DNA from: Candidatus Fermentibacteraceae bacterium
GTDB taxonomy: Bacteria; Fermentibacterota; Fermentibacteria; Fermentibacterales; JCC-6
DNA length: 64,000 nucleotides
Assembly (NCBI GenBank): GCA_041750285.1
Contig: JBGSZS010000002.1
Span: 1 to 64,000 of the forward strand
Reading direction: 5' to 3'
Made by a program: the position numbers and the translations under genes
Shown here: in pieces, positions 41,906 through 50,680 of the stretch
How positions within the stretch are numbered: the first letter of the stretch is position 1
How the letters are laid out: every line of letters begins with the position of its first letter
Notes under the pieces: generated by a model
The model's database searches: none
Told to the model about the DNA's origin: nothing
Seen by the model: the letters and a program-made list of their open reading frames with translations, nothing else

Positions 41906-43582
41906 TCACTGCTTCCGTCTGATCTTGTCCCACGTATCCCTGAGCGGGATGGTCCTGTTGAAAACCAGATGGCCCGGACGCGAATCGGCGTCGATGCAGA
42001 AATAGCCCATGCGCTCGAACTGGAAGCTCTGTTCCGGCAAGGCTGTGGCCATGTGGGACTCGACCCGGCAATCCTTGAGGGTGACCAGCGACCCGGGGTT
42101 GAGGTGGTCGACAAGCTCCCCTTCCTCTCCCAGGGGGTTCTCGCACCGGAAAAGCCTGTCGTAGAGCCTGGCTTCCGCGGGGATGCTGTGGGCAGCGCTC
42201 ACCCAGTGAAGCGTGGCCTTCACCCGTCTGCCGTCAGGGCTGTTCCCGCCGCGTGACTCGGGGTCGTAGGTGCACCTTACGGTTGTGATCTCACCTTCGG
42301 CGTTTCTTTCTACTCCCGTGGCTTTTACGAGGTAGGCGTACCTGAGCCTTACCTCAGCGCCCGGTGAAAGCCTGAAGAACTTGGGCGGCGGGGTTTCCAT
42401 GAAGTCTTCCCGCTCGATATAGAGCTCGCGGCAGAAAGGTATGCTCCTGGTGCCGGCGGATTCATCCTCGGGGTTTATCTGGTAGTCGAAGAACTCCACC
42501 TGCCCGGCCGGATAGTTCTCCACCACCAGACGGACGGGGTTCAGAACCGCCATTACCCTGGGGGCCGTGATGTTCAGTGTCTCTCGAACGATGTGTTCGA
42601 GCAGTGCGATGTCCACCATGCTGTCACGCTTTGCAAGACCGATCCTGTCACAGAACTGCCTCACGGCCCCGGGCGGGATCCCCCTGCGGCGCATCCCTCT
42701 CAGGGTGGGCATTCTTGGGTCGTCCCATCCGCTTACGACTTCGTTCTCTACCAGTCCCCTGAGGAAACGTTTGCTGAGGACCGTGTAGGTCATGTTGAGA
42801 CGGGCGAACTCGATCTGCTGGGGGTGGAAGACTCCCAGTCTTGTCAGGAACCAGTCGTAGAGCGGCCTGTGGTCCTCGAACTCCAGGCTGCAGAGGGAAT
42901 GGGTGATGCCCTCGATCGAGTCCTCGAGGCAGTGGGCATAGTCGTACATGGGGTAGATGCACCAGTCCGGGCCGGTTCTGTGGTGTGCCCTGTGAAGTAT
43001 CCTGTAGATCGCGGGGTCACGCATGTTCATGTTCGGGCTCGCCATGTCTATCCTGGCGCGCAGTGTCCTGCTTCCCTCCGGGAAATCGCCTTTGCGCATC
43101 CTCCTGAGCAGCTCGAGGTTCTCTTCGACCGTCCGGTCCCTGAAGGGGCTTTTCCTTCCGGGTTCGGTCAGCGTGCCGCGGTATTCCTTGACCTGATCCG
43201 GCGACAGGTCGCATACGTAGGCGTCCCCCTGCTGCACGAGCCGTTCCGCGTGCATGTACATCTGCTCGAAATAGTCGCTGGCGTATAGCTCACTGTCCCA
43301 GTTGAACCCCAGCCACCGTATGTCGGCCTTTATGGCATCTACGAATTCGGTTTCCTCCTTCACCGGGTTCGTATCATCGAACCTGAGGTTGACCTTGCCA
43401 CGGTACTCGTCGGCAATCCCGAAGTTGGTGCAGATGGCTTTGGCGTGGCCGATATGAAGGTATCCGTTAGGTTCCGGCGGAAAGCGGGTGTGCACCCTGC
43501 CTCCATGTTTGCCCTCGGCTCTGTCCCGGTCGATCACTTCACGGATGAAATCCCTGCCCTTTTTCACTTCAATGTCGTTCAT
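41906..43582 (-). CDS. glnS: Glutamine--tRNA ligase
   Basis: TRFPPEPNGYLHIGH (HIGH), LSKR, WDDPRMPT, FQFERMGYF. Confidence 0.97.
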   Translation of the reverse strand: MNDIEVKKGRDFIREVIDRDRAEGKHGGRVHTRFPPEPNGYLHIGHAKAICTNFGIADEYRGKVNLRFDDTNPVKEETEFVDAIKADIRWLGFNWDSELYASDYFEQMYMHAERLVQQGDAYVCDLSPDQVKEYRGTLTEPGRKSPFRDRTVEENLELLRRMRKGDFPEGSRTLRARIDMASPNMNMRDPAIYRILHRAHHRTGPDWCIYPMYDYAHCLEDSIEGITHSLCSLEFEDHRPLYDWFLTRLGVFHPQQIEFARLNMTYTVLSKRFLRGLVENEVVSGWDDPRMPTLRGMRRRGIPPGAVRQFCDRIGLAKRDSMVDIALLEHIVRETLNITAPRVMAVLNPVRLVVENYPAGQVEFFDYQINPEDESAGTRSIPFCRELYIEREDFMETPPPKFFRLSPGAEVRLRYAYLVKATGVERNAEGEITTVRCTYDPESRGGNSPDGRRVKATLHWVSAAHSIPAEARLYDRLFRCENPLGEEGELVDHLNPGSLVTLKDCRVESHMATALPEQSFQFERMGYFCIDADSRPGHLVFNRTIPLRDTWDKIRRKQ

Positions 43583-43620
43583 TTCCGGTTCCTTTCAGCA
43601 TGTTCCCCTGTCCCGACGCG

Positions 43621-44535
43621 TTAACTCCCAAGGCATTGTCGCATCAGGTCGAGGAACTGCCGCCATTTGTCAAGAAAAAGCTCAGATGGCCTGGAATCGA
43701 GGGTTCGAAGCTCCAGGGTTATTCCTTTCATGTTGATCCTGACATCGGTGAACAGGGTCGTGAGATGGTCGAGGAAAGCCGGGAAGTCACTGTCAGGCAG
43801 CTCTCCAAAGGGCAATCCCGTATTCAGGTCGAGGGCGCCCATGCCGAAATCGACAACACGTTTCAAGAACTGCCGGTGGTCCGTGGACGGGATCTTGTCT
43901 CCCCTGCAGAGCAGACCGCACCTGGAAGGATCGGTGTTGTTCCAGATGTCGCGCCTCTCGGGGCCCATTGCGAATCCCGCGGACTGGGACATCTCGCAAA
44001 CCGTTGCCCAGACCCTTGGAAGCTCCTCGAGGGAGAGCAGTGCCACATGCAGGTGGATGGCTGCCGTACCCTTCATCATTTCGTGACCCCTGGTTCCCGT
44101 CCTTTCGAGCAGCTTGTGAAGGTTGTGGTACCTGGGCTTGTCAAGAAGCATGGGTGCGCTTCCCCGTCCGGGAATGTACCCGGTTGGTATATAGCTGAAT
44201 CCCAACCTTCTGCAGACTTCGGCAGTAACACCGTCAGCCCGGTGGAGAATGGACTGCACGGTATGCTCGTCGGTTGGAAGGATGGGAACGCTGCAGAACT
44301 CGATCTGCCCACCGGGCTCGAATGTGACATAGTGATCGGGCCCCCTGAACAGCCCGGGCTCCTCTTTGTAGCCCAGCTCGTAAAGGATCTGCCGGACACC
44401 GGAAAGGTCTTCGGGGCCAAGCGGACGTCCGGGCATGAACTCGTACTCGAAGCCGAACTGCCGGGGTCTGGGGGTGCTCAGGCGTGAAGCCATGAGCTCC
44501 GCGAGCTGATCAGCGTAGCTGGCGTTTTTCAACAC
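43621..44535 (-). CDS. Glutamate--cysteine ligase (GCS2) family protein
   Basis: GFEYEF, EPGGQIEF, PRY, HLHV, LELRTLD. Confidence 0.75.
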   Translation of the reverse strand: MLKNASYADQLAELMASRLSTPRPRQFGFEYEFMPGRPLGPEDLSGVRQILYELGYKEEPGLFRGPDHYVTFEPGGQIEFCSVPILPTDEHTVQSILHRADGVTAEVCRRLGFSYIPTGYIPGRGSAPMLLDKPRYHNLHKLLERTGTRGHEMMKGTAAIHLHVALLSLEELPRVWATVCEMSQSAGFAMGPERRDIWNNTDPSRCGLLCRGDKIPSTDHRQFLKRVVDFGMGALDLNTGLPFGELPDSDFPAFLDHLTTLFTDVRINMKGITLELRTLDSRPSELFLDKWRQFLDLMRQCLGS

Positions 44536-46399
44536 ACTCCTTGTACCACAGGGTGAAGATCAAAGGGGCGAAAAAGCGGTCGGCGCCCGAAACCAGTGTC
44601 TCGGGTCCCACACCGCTGCCTGTCACTTCCTTTGCAAGCTCCCTCACCATCTGTCCGTCGAGTATTCCCTGTCTGTCAACTTCCCGGCCCTCGGCAATCT
44701 CCCTGAGGGGATCGGGAAGGTCCGACAAGTTCTCGAACCACTGGGCCATTGGCATGGTGAAGGGTTTCTTTGGCCGCATGGCCGTGCCGTCGGGAAGAAT
44801 GCCAGAATCCGCGAAGGCCTTTCTGCAGATGTATTTGTCCAGCGATTCGAAGGGTTTCAGCTTGAGGTCCACTGGAAGGGACGCAGCGAACTCCGCCAGT
44901 CTGTAATCGAGAAAAGGTGTTCTCGCCTCGAGACTGTGGCGCATGCTGAGCCTGTCCAACCTCGCGATCACGTAGTCCGGAAGCCTGGTTCGGCACTCGA
45001 GGGCCTGCATGGCCTTGACGGGATGGATCTGCCCCAGATCGGGCAGACCCTCAAGAGGAGGAGTGGCACTGATCCCCGTGTTCGCGCCAAGAAGCCGGTG
45101 CAGTTCCCGGGGCGAAAAAAGAGACTCCGAGGCTATGTGCCTGCCCGCCGGGTCGATCTCACCCGCCGCCAGCCTGCGCCCGAGTTCGGGGTACAACTCC
45201 ATCAGTTGTCTCCGCTCGGGGCTTCCCGCAGTCTGGTACCTTATGAATGCGTCTTCCACGAGGAATTTCCTGTAGCCGGCAAAGATCTCGTCGGCCCCTT
45301 CCCCGGTCAGCACCACTTTCACGTGCTCGGAGGCCAGCTCGCAGACCTGGTCGGTGGGGATCACCGCTCCCAGTGAAAGCGGTTCTCCAAGGGCTCTCAC
45401 AATCTCGGGAAGGGATAGGAGGCTGTTCTTCGAGCACATTCGGACGAATCGCCTTGTGCCGGCGAACAGGCTGCCCGATGATCTCACGAAGTGATCCACC
45501 TGGTGGGTTTCATCGTAGGCTTCCTCGGCGAACGCAACAGTGAACAGCTTGAGGTCAGGTTTGATCGCAGCGGTAAGAGAGGCAACGGCCGACGAGTCTA
45601 TGCCTCCAGAGATGAAGCTTCCCACCTCTACATCAGAGCGGAGACGAATGCGGACCGAATCCCGGAATAGTCTGAGGAACTCCTCGGCGGCTTCATCCGC
45701 TTCACGGAAATGCTCGGTTCTGGTGAAGTCGTAGTTCCAGTACCGGGTGATCCGGAAGGTTCCGCTGTCCAGATCGTACTCGAGAAACGAACCCGGCGGA
45801 AGGCGGAGTATCCCTCGGTAGACCGTTCTTTCACCAGGCAGGTATCGGTATGTGAAAAAGGATGGAAGAAGTCCTGCATCGATGTCTCCCGTGACTCCGG
45901 GTGCCTGAAGGAGAGGGGTAACCTCGCTGGAGAAGAAAAAGCCGTATGGTGTTGTGGTGTAATGCATGGGCTTGATGCCGAACCTGTCCCTGAAGAGAAC
46001 TATTTTCCGGCGTGCGGGGTCGTGTATGATGCCTGCGTACATGCCGTTCAGATGGGAGAGGAAAGCAGTGCCGAGCTTTCTGTACAGGTGAAGCGCGACC
46101 TCCATGTCGCCGGAGGTCGAAAAGCTCTGGCCCGGAAGCATATGTCTGAGTTCAAGATAGTTGTAGACCTGTCCGTTGCAGGCGATGGTAACCCCGTCCT
46201 CGGGTGCGGTGATGGGCTGCATTCCGGTGGAGAGATCGAGTATTGCCAGCCGGTCGAATCCTATCCCGACGTGGTCGCCCACGAGAACGGCGCTCTCATC
46301 GGGTCCACGGTGCCGTTGTATACCGTTCATGACGGACAGCAGGGATGTCATGGTTTCCCGGGACATGTCTCTGGATGCGATTCCGGTTACGCCGCACAT
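44510..46399 (-). CDS. asnB: Asparagine synthase (glutamine-hydrolysing) family amidotransferase
   Basis: N-terminal MCG, HRGPD, RDRFGIKP, SGGIDSS, TGEGADE, EARTPFLD. Confidence 0.9.
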   Translation of the reverse strand: MCGVTGIASRDMSRETMTSLLSVMNGIQRHRGPDESAVLVGDHVGIGFDRLAILDLSTGMQPITAPEDGVTIACNGQVYNYLELRHMLPGQSFSTSGDMEVALHLYRKLGTAFLSHLNGMYAGIIHDPARRKIVLFRDRFGIKPMHYTTTPYGFFFSSEVTPLLQAPGVTGDIDAGLLPSFFTYRYLPGERTVYRGILRLPPGSFLEYDLDSGTFRITRYWNYDFTRTEHFREADEAAEEFLRLFRDSVRIRLRSDVEVGSFISGGIDSSAVASLTAAIKPDLKLFTVAFAEEAYDETHQVDHFVRSSGSLFAGTRRFVRMCSKNSLLSLPEIVRALGEPLSLGAVIPTDQVCELASEHVKVVLTGEGADEIFAGYRKFLVEDAFIRYQTAGSPERRQLMELYPELGRRLAAGEIDPAGRHIASESLFSPRELHRLLGANTGISATPPLEGLPDLGQIHPVKAMQALECRTRLPDYVIARLDRLSMRHSLEARTPFLDYRLAEFAASLPVDLKLKPFESLDKYICRKAFADSGILPDGTAMRPKKPFTMPMAQWFENLSDLPDPLREIAEGREVDRQGILDGQMVRELAKEVTGSGVGPETLVSGADRFFAPLIFTLWYKECVEKRQLR

Positions 46400-46564
46400 G
46401 GTTTTCCCTTCGAAAACAAGCTGAAACATACCGATTTTGTATGGCAGCCGTTCATCTTCACCCCGCTTCGACCGTCTGTGTGTTACATTTGCCGGAGCGG
46501 ACAGGCCTGCATATGATTTTGGTACAATGCGATGGCTAACTGTAAAGACATGAATGGCATAAAC

Positions 46565-47902
46565 ATGGGCGAGCAAACTAAGTTATCTAAGTCCGTCCCC
46601 GTGGTCGTACCCGTGGTGGGGGCGGGGTTGGCGGGGTGTGAGGCGGCGTTCGCTCTGGCGGAGCGCGGAGTGAGGGTGCGGCTGCTGGAGATGAGACCAG
46701 GGGTGACCACCCCGGCCCACGAAACCGATCTTCCCGCCGAGCTGGTGTGCTCCAATTCCCTGCGGTCCGGGAATCCCGAGAACGCACCCGGACTGCTGAA
46801 AGAGGAGATGAGGCTGGCGGGTTCCAGGCTCATGAGCATAGCCGACTCGGTGAGGGTTCCCGCGGGTGACGCCCTGGCGGTCGACCGAACGCTGTTCAGC
46901 CTGGAAGTGAAAAGGCAGCTCGAGTCCCACCCCCTCATCACCATCGAACACCGTGAGGTTGTCGCCTTCCCGCCCGGCCCGTGCATCGCGGCCCCCGGGC
47001 CCCTGGCGAGCCCCGGCCTCTCGGAATCCCTCCGAATGCTCACGGGCGGACAGCATCTTTACTTCTACGACGCAATCGCCCCGATCCTCGACGCTTCATC
47101 CATAGACACGGCGACAGCCTTTCCACAGTCACGGTACGACAAGGGCGGGGGTGCGGATTACCTGAACTGCCCCATGGACGAAGAGACCTACCGCAGGTTC
47201 GTGAGCGAGCTGAGGAACGCGAAAAGGGTTCCGCCCCATCCATTCGAGAGGGAATTGCACTTCCAGGGGTGCCAGCCCGTGGAGGCGATCGCCGACACCG
47301 GTGAGATGTCGCTTGCCCACGGCCCCATGAAGCCCGTGGGCATTATCGACCCGCGCACCGGGACCAGACCCTTCGCTGTGGTTCAACTCAGAAGGGAGAA
47401 CTCCGCTGGAACGGCATGGAACATGGTGGGTTTTCAGACCAAACTCACACAGGACGAACAGAAAAGGGTCTTCTCCCTTGTTCCCGGACTTTCCGGGGCC
47501 AGGTTCCTCAGGCTCGGAAGTGTTCACCGGAACACATACGTCAACGGCCCGGAGGTCCTGGACGGATTCCTGAGGCTGAAGCGCCGCCCCGGCATCATGC
47601 TTTCGGGACAGATCACCGGGGTCGAGGGGTACATCGAGTCAATGGCGGCCGGCTTGCTCGCCGGCATCTTCATGTCGGCCCTGCTCTCCGGGAGGGAGCC
47701 CGTTCCTCCTCCGGAAGACACCGCCCTTGGAGCCCTTCTGCGCCATGTGACCGTTTCGGGCCCGGGGTCCTTCCAGCCCAGCAACATCCACTACGGGCTG
47801 TTCCCGCCGGTCAGGTCCCGCGGTGGGCGGAGGGAACGCAGGAAGATGCTTTCAGGGAGGGCTCTTGAGTCAGTCAGGAACTGGCTGTCCGGTTCCGTCT
47901 GA
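46565..47902 (+). CDS. trmFO: FADH2-oxidizing tRNA (uracil-54-C5)-methyltransferase
   Basis: GAGLAGCEAA, ELVCSNSL, YFYDAIAP, YLNCP, GQITGVEGY. Confidence 0.95.
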   Translation: MGEQTKLSKSVPVVVPVVGAGLAGCEAAFALAERGVRVRLLEMRPGVTTPAHETDLPAELVCSNSLRSGNPENAPGLLKEEMRLAGSRLMSIADSVRVPAGDALAVDRTLFSLEVKRQLESHPLITIEHREVVAFPPGPCIAAPGPLASPGLSESLRMLTGGQHLYFYDAIAPILDASSIDTATAFPQSRYDKGGGADYLNCPMDEETYRRFVSELRNAKRVPPHPFERELHFQGCQPVEAIADTGEMSLAHGPMKPVGIIDPRTGTRPFAVVQLRRENSAGTAWNMVGFQTKLTQDEQKRVFSLVPGLSGARFLRLGSVHRNTYVNGPEVLDGFLRLKRRPGIMLSGQITGVEGYIESMAAGLLAGIFMSALLSGREPVPPPEDTALGALLRHVTVSGPGSFQPSNIHYGLFPPVRSRGGRRERRKMLSGRALESVRNWLSGSV

Positions 47903-48503
47903 AGAAGAAGAGGAGAACAACGCACGCCAGCACCGCCGATACGGCAACGAAGCCGTCGTTGTGGGGTGCACCGGTTCTTCCCGTGATCACATGGGAGGGG
48001 TATCCGGGGAAGAAGGCGAGCGAACCGGGGCCGGGGGCAGCCTTGAGACGAAGGAAAGACCACAGCCAGTAGAGCCCCAGAACGATGGCTCCGCCTTTCT
48101 TCAGGACCTTTTCCAGCAGCAGCGCCGAGGTCGCAGCAAGAACCGAGACCAGGGGAAGGACCAGCCAGAACTGCCAGGGAACCCCGCCGGATGCGACCGC
48201 CGCCAGGGCTCCGGGGACGGCCCCGCAGAGGGCGGGAACGAGCACTTCCGCCGCGGAGAGCCTGTTCACGGCTCCGGGATGCCTTTCGCAGAGCTGCATC
48301 AGTCCCCGTCTCTCGCCTGAGACCTGCCAGCCCAGAACCAGCGTGATGGGGATGCCCGAGGCGAGGAATGCCGAAAGCCAGGGCAGGAAGTCTGAGCCTG
48401 CACCGGTCACCGCGGTGCCCGCAAGGAAAAGCAGGGTCCAGAGGCCGGCCCGTTCCGTGCGGAAACGTCGCCACATCAGTCCCGCGACGGCAAGTGTTAT
48501 CAT
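47874..48503 (-). CDS. Membrane protein (ABC-2 permease-like)
   Basis: About 6 hydrophobic segments; ATGA-coupled to the upstream ABC-like gene. Confidence 0.55.
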   Translation of the reverse strand: MITLAVAGLMWRRFRTERAGLWTLLFLAGTAVTGAGSDFLPWLSAFLASGIPITLVLGWQVSGERRGLMQLCERHPGAVNRLSAAEVLVPALCGAVPGALAAVASGGVPWQFWLVLPLVSVLAATSALLLEKVLKKGGAIVLGLYWLWSFLRLKAAPGPGSLAFFPGYPSHVITGRTGAPHNDGFVAVSAVLACVVLLFFFRRNRTASS

Positions 48504-49483
48504 GAACCCGTTTCGGTCTTTACCGCACCGAAGAGGTCCGGTGCAGGAATGTCCCTGTCCGGCGAGAAGGTTGCAAGAAGGGCGGCCGGGGAGGGGGGAG
48601 CAACGGACAGATGCGCTATGGACCTGGCGTTGGCCCTTGCCGTGTTGGAGAGCTGGACCAGGGCATACGCGGTATCGGCGTGGTTGAACACGTAGTATCC
48701 GTCCCGGTGGGCCAGGTCCCTTATGCCGGGGATCTGCTCCATTATCTTCCTGGGGAGCACTGGATAGAACGCCACCTTGATCTCGGAACCGCCCCTCACG
48801 GTTTCGAGGAGCTGGGAATGCCTCACGACCGCCCTGACCCCGGCATCGTCGCACAGGGCTATCATCTCGGTTCCCGGCGGTATCTCGCCAAGGCGCGATG
48901 CCACGAACAGGGCTCCCTTTCCGGTGCCGTGGGTTGCGAAGTCGGTCAATGGCTCGACAAGGCACTCGTGAACGGGACACACCACTACGAGGAAGGAAGG
49001 CGCTGAGGCTAGCGCCGCACCCAGAAAGGCAAGACGGCGGTTCTCTCCGGACAGTCTTGCCGACGGCGTGTCAGCGTGTCCGGCCAGTCCGAGCCACTTC
49101 AAAAGTTCGGACGTACGTTCCCTGGCTTCACTGCGTTTTGAACCCGATGCCGATGCCGCAAGGCTGATGATGCCGCCGGGAGTCATTTCGGGGGGTACGC
49201 ACGGGTCGGGGGGGATCAACACCACCTTCGACCTGCCCTCGCGCGAGGCGGTGGCGGTCATGAGACCGCCCATGCGGCCGACGAGCACGCGGCCCGCCAC
49301 CGGCGACCTCAGTCCGGAAGCGAACTCACCCAGTGCCACGGCCGCCGAACCGGTCTCGCCCAGGACCGCCGCCATCGATCCACCGAGGACCACGAAATCC
49401 AGCCCCGGCTGCCTGCCTGGCACCGATGCAACACCGAGCATTTCCAGCAGCGCCCGTGAGCCCTCGGCAACCCTGGGAGTCAT
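48500..49483 (-). CDS. ABC ATPase-like protein with degenerate motifs
   Basis: ABC layout (VLGETGS, P..G.V, LL..LGL...AD.....LSG..RR...AL...P) without the Walker A Lys or Walker B DE. Confidence 0.6.
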   Translation of the reverse strand: MTPRVAEGSRALLEMLGVASVPGRQPGLDFVVLGGSMAAVLGETGSAAVALGEFASGLRSPVAGRVLVGRMGGLMTATASREGRSKVVLIPPDPCVPPEMTPGGIISLAASASGSKRSEARERTSELLKWLGLAGHADTPSARLSGENRRLAFLGAALASAPSFLVVVCPVHECLVEPLTDFATHGTGKGALFVASRLGEIPPGTEMIALCDDAGVRAVVRHSQLLETVRGGSEIKVAFYPVLPRKIMEQIPGIRDLAHRDGYYVFNHADTAYALVQLSNTARANARSIAHLSVAPPSPAALLATFSPDRDIPAPDLFGAVKTETGS

Positions 49484-49484
49484 G

Positions 49485-50474
49485 TCACCTTCCCGATGCC
49501 AGGCTCGCGTCGGCCAGCTCGAGCGCGCGCACCACTCCCAGACCGCTTCTGCCGGATGTCTTGGGTGTGTCACCGGTCTCGACGCACCGGAGGAACTCTT
49601 CCATCTCGACCGCCAGGGGCTCGAAACTGTCCAGTTTTGGGCTGTGGATGTCACCCGTGCGGTAGGCCAGATGGTACTCGCCGAAGGTCTCGGGTTCAAT
49701 GACGTCCACGCCCTTGTCGTAGATCTTGACCTTCTCGTAGGGCTCGGTGTCGTCGTAGACCAGCATCTTCCTGCTGCCCACAATAACGGTTTTCCTTAGT
49801 TTCGAGGGCGCAAGCCACGAGACCTGCACGTTTGCGATCGCCCCGCACGGGAACCTGAGGTTCACGAAGGCGACATCGGGAATTCCCTCGATCACGTAGC
49901 CGCTGCCGAACGCCTCCACGAAGCTGGGCTCGGAATCAAGCCAGTGGAAGATCATCGAGAAGTCGTGGGGGGCAAGGTCCCAGATCACCGAAACGTCCTT
50001 CTGGTGAAGGCCAAGATTCACCCTGTTGCTGGTGATGAAGCGGATGTCGCCCAGTTCGCCGCTGTCCACGATGCCCTTGATGGCAATCACGGGGGGCGAG
50101 TATAGGAACGTGTGGCCCACCATGTTCACAAGACCAAGGGATTCGGCCTTTTGCGCCATTTCCTCGGCCTTTCCGGCGGTGTCGGCGAACGGTTTCTCCA
50201 CAAAGACATGCTTTCCCGCGGCCAGGGCCTTCATGGCGAGAGGGTAGTGCGAAGACACGTCGGTGGCTATGAGAACGGCGTCCAAATCGCAGGATGTCAC
50301 GAGATCATCGAAACTCGTGGTTCTCTCACAGTTAGGAAACCTCTCACCGATCCGGTTGAGCCTGCCCTCGTCGCGGTCGCAGATGACCACTCTGCCGGCC
50401 CTTCTGTTGGTGACGAGGTTTCGAAGCAAGTTGGGGCCCCAGTACCCAAGACCCACCAGACCAACACTGACCAT
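49485..50474 (-). CDS. Gfo/Idh/MocA family oxidoreductase
   Basis: GLGYWGPN, GKHVFVEKP, WDLAPHD. Confidence 0.9.
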   Translation of the reverse strand: MVSVGLVGLGYWGPNLLRNLVTNRRAGRVVICDRDEGRLNRIGERFPNCERTTSFDDLVTSCDLDAVLIATDVSSHYPLAMKALAAGKHVFVEKPFADTAGKAEEMAQKAESLGLVNMVGHTFLYSPPVIAIKGIVDSGELGDIRFITSNRVNLGLHQKDVSVIWDLAPHDFSMIFHWLDSEPSFVEAFGSGYVIEGIPDVAFVNLRFPCGAIANVQVSWLAPSKLRKTVIVGSRKMLVYDDTEPYEKVKIYDKGVDVIEPETFGEYHLAYRTGDIHSPKLDSFEPLAVEMEEFLRCVETGDTPKTSGRSGLGVVRALELADASLASGR

Positions 50475-50680
50475 GACGACCTCCGATGTTGTGACACGAA
50501 CTCCAAGCCATATGAAAGCTACTAAAACACGGTGATTATGCAAGCTCTGCACCGCGCCACTACGGCACAGAACCAACGGAGTGGATGCCATTGGCCCATA
50601 CTACAGTTTATAGATATCAGTAAAATTACAATATCTTTGGTTCCTGTGTTGCTTATGTCGAAGGCAGAACAGGAGGAGTC

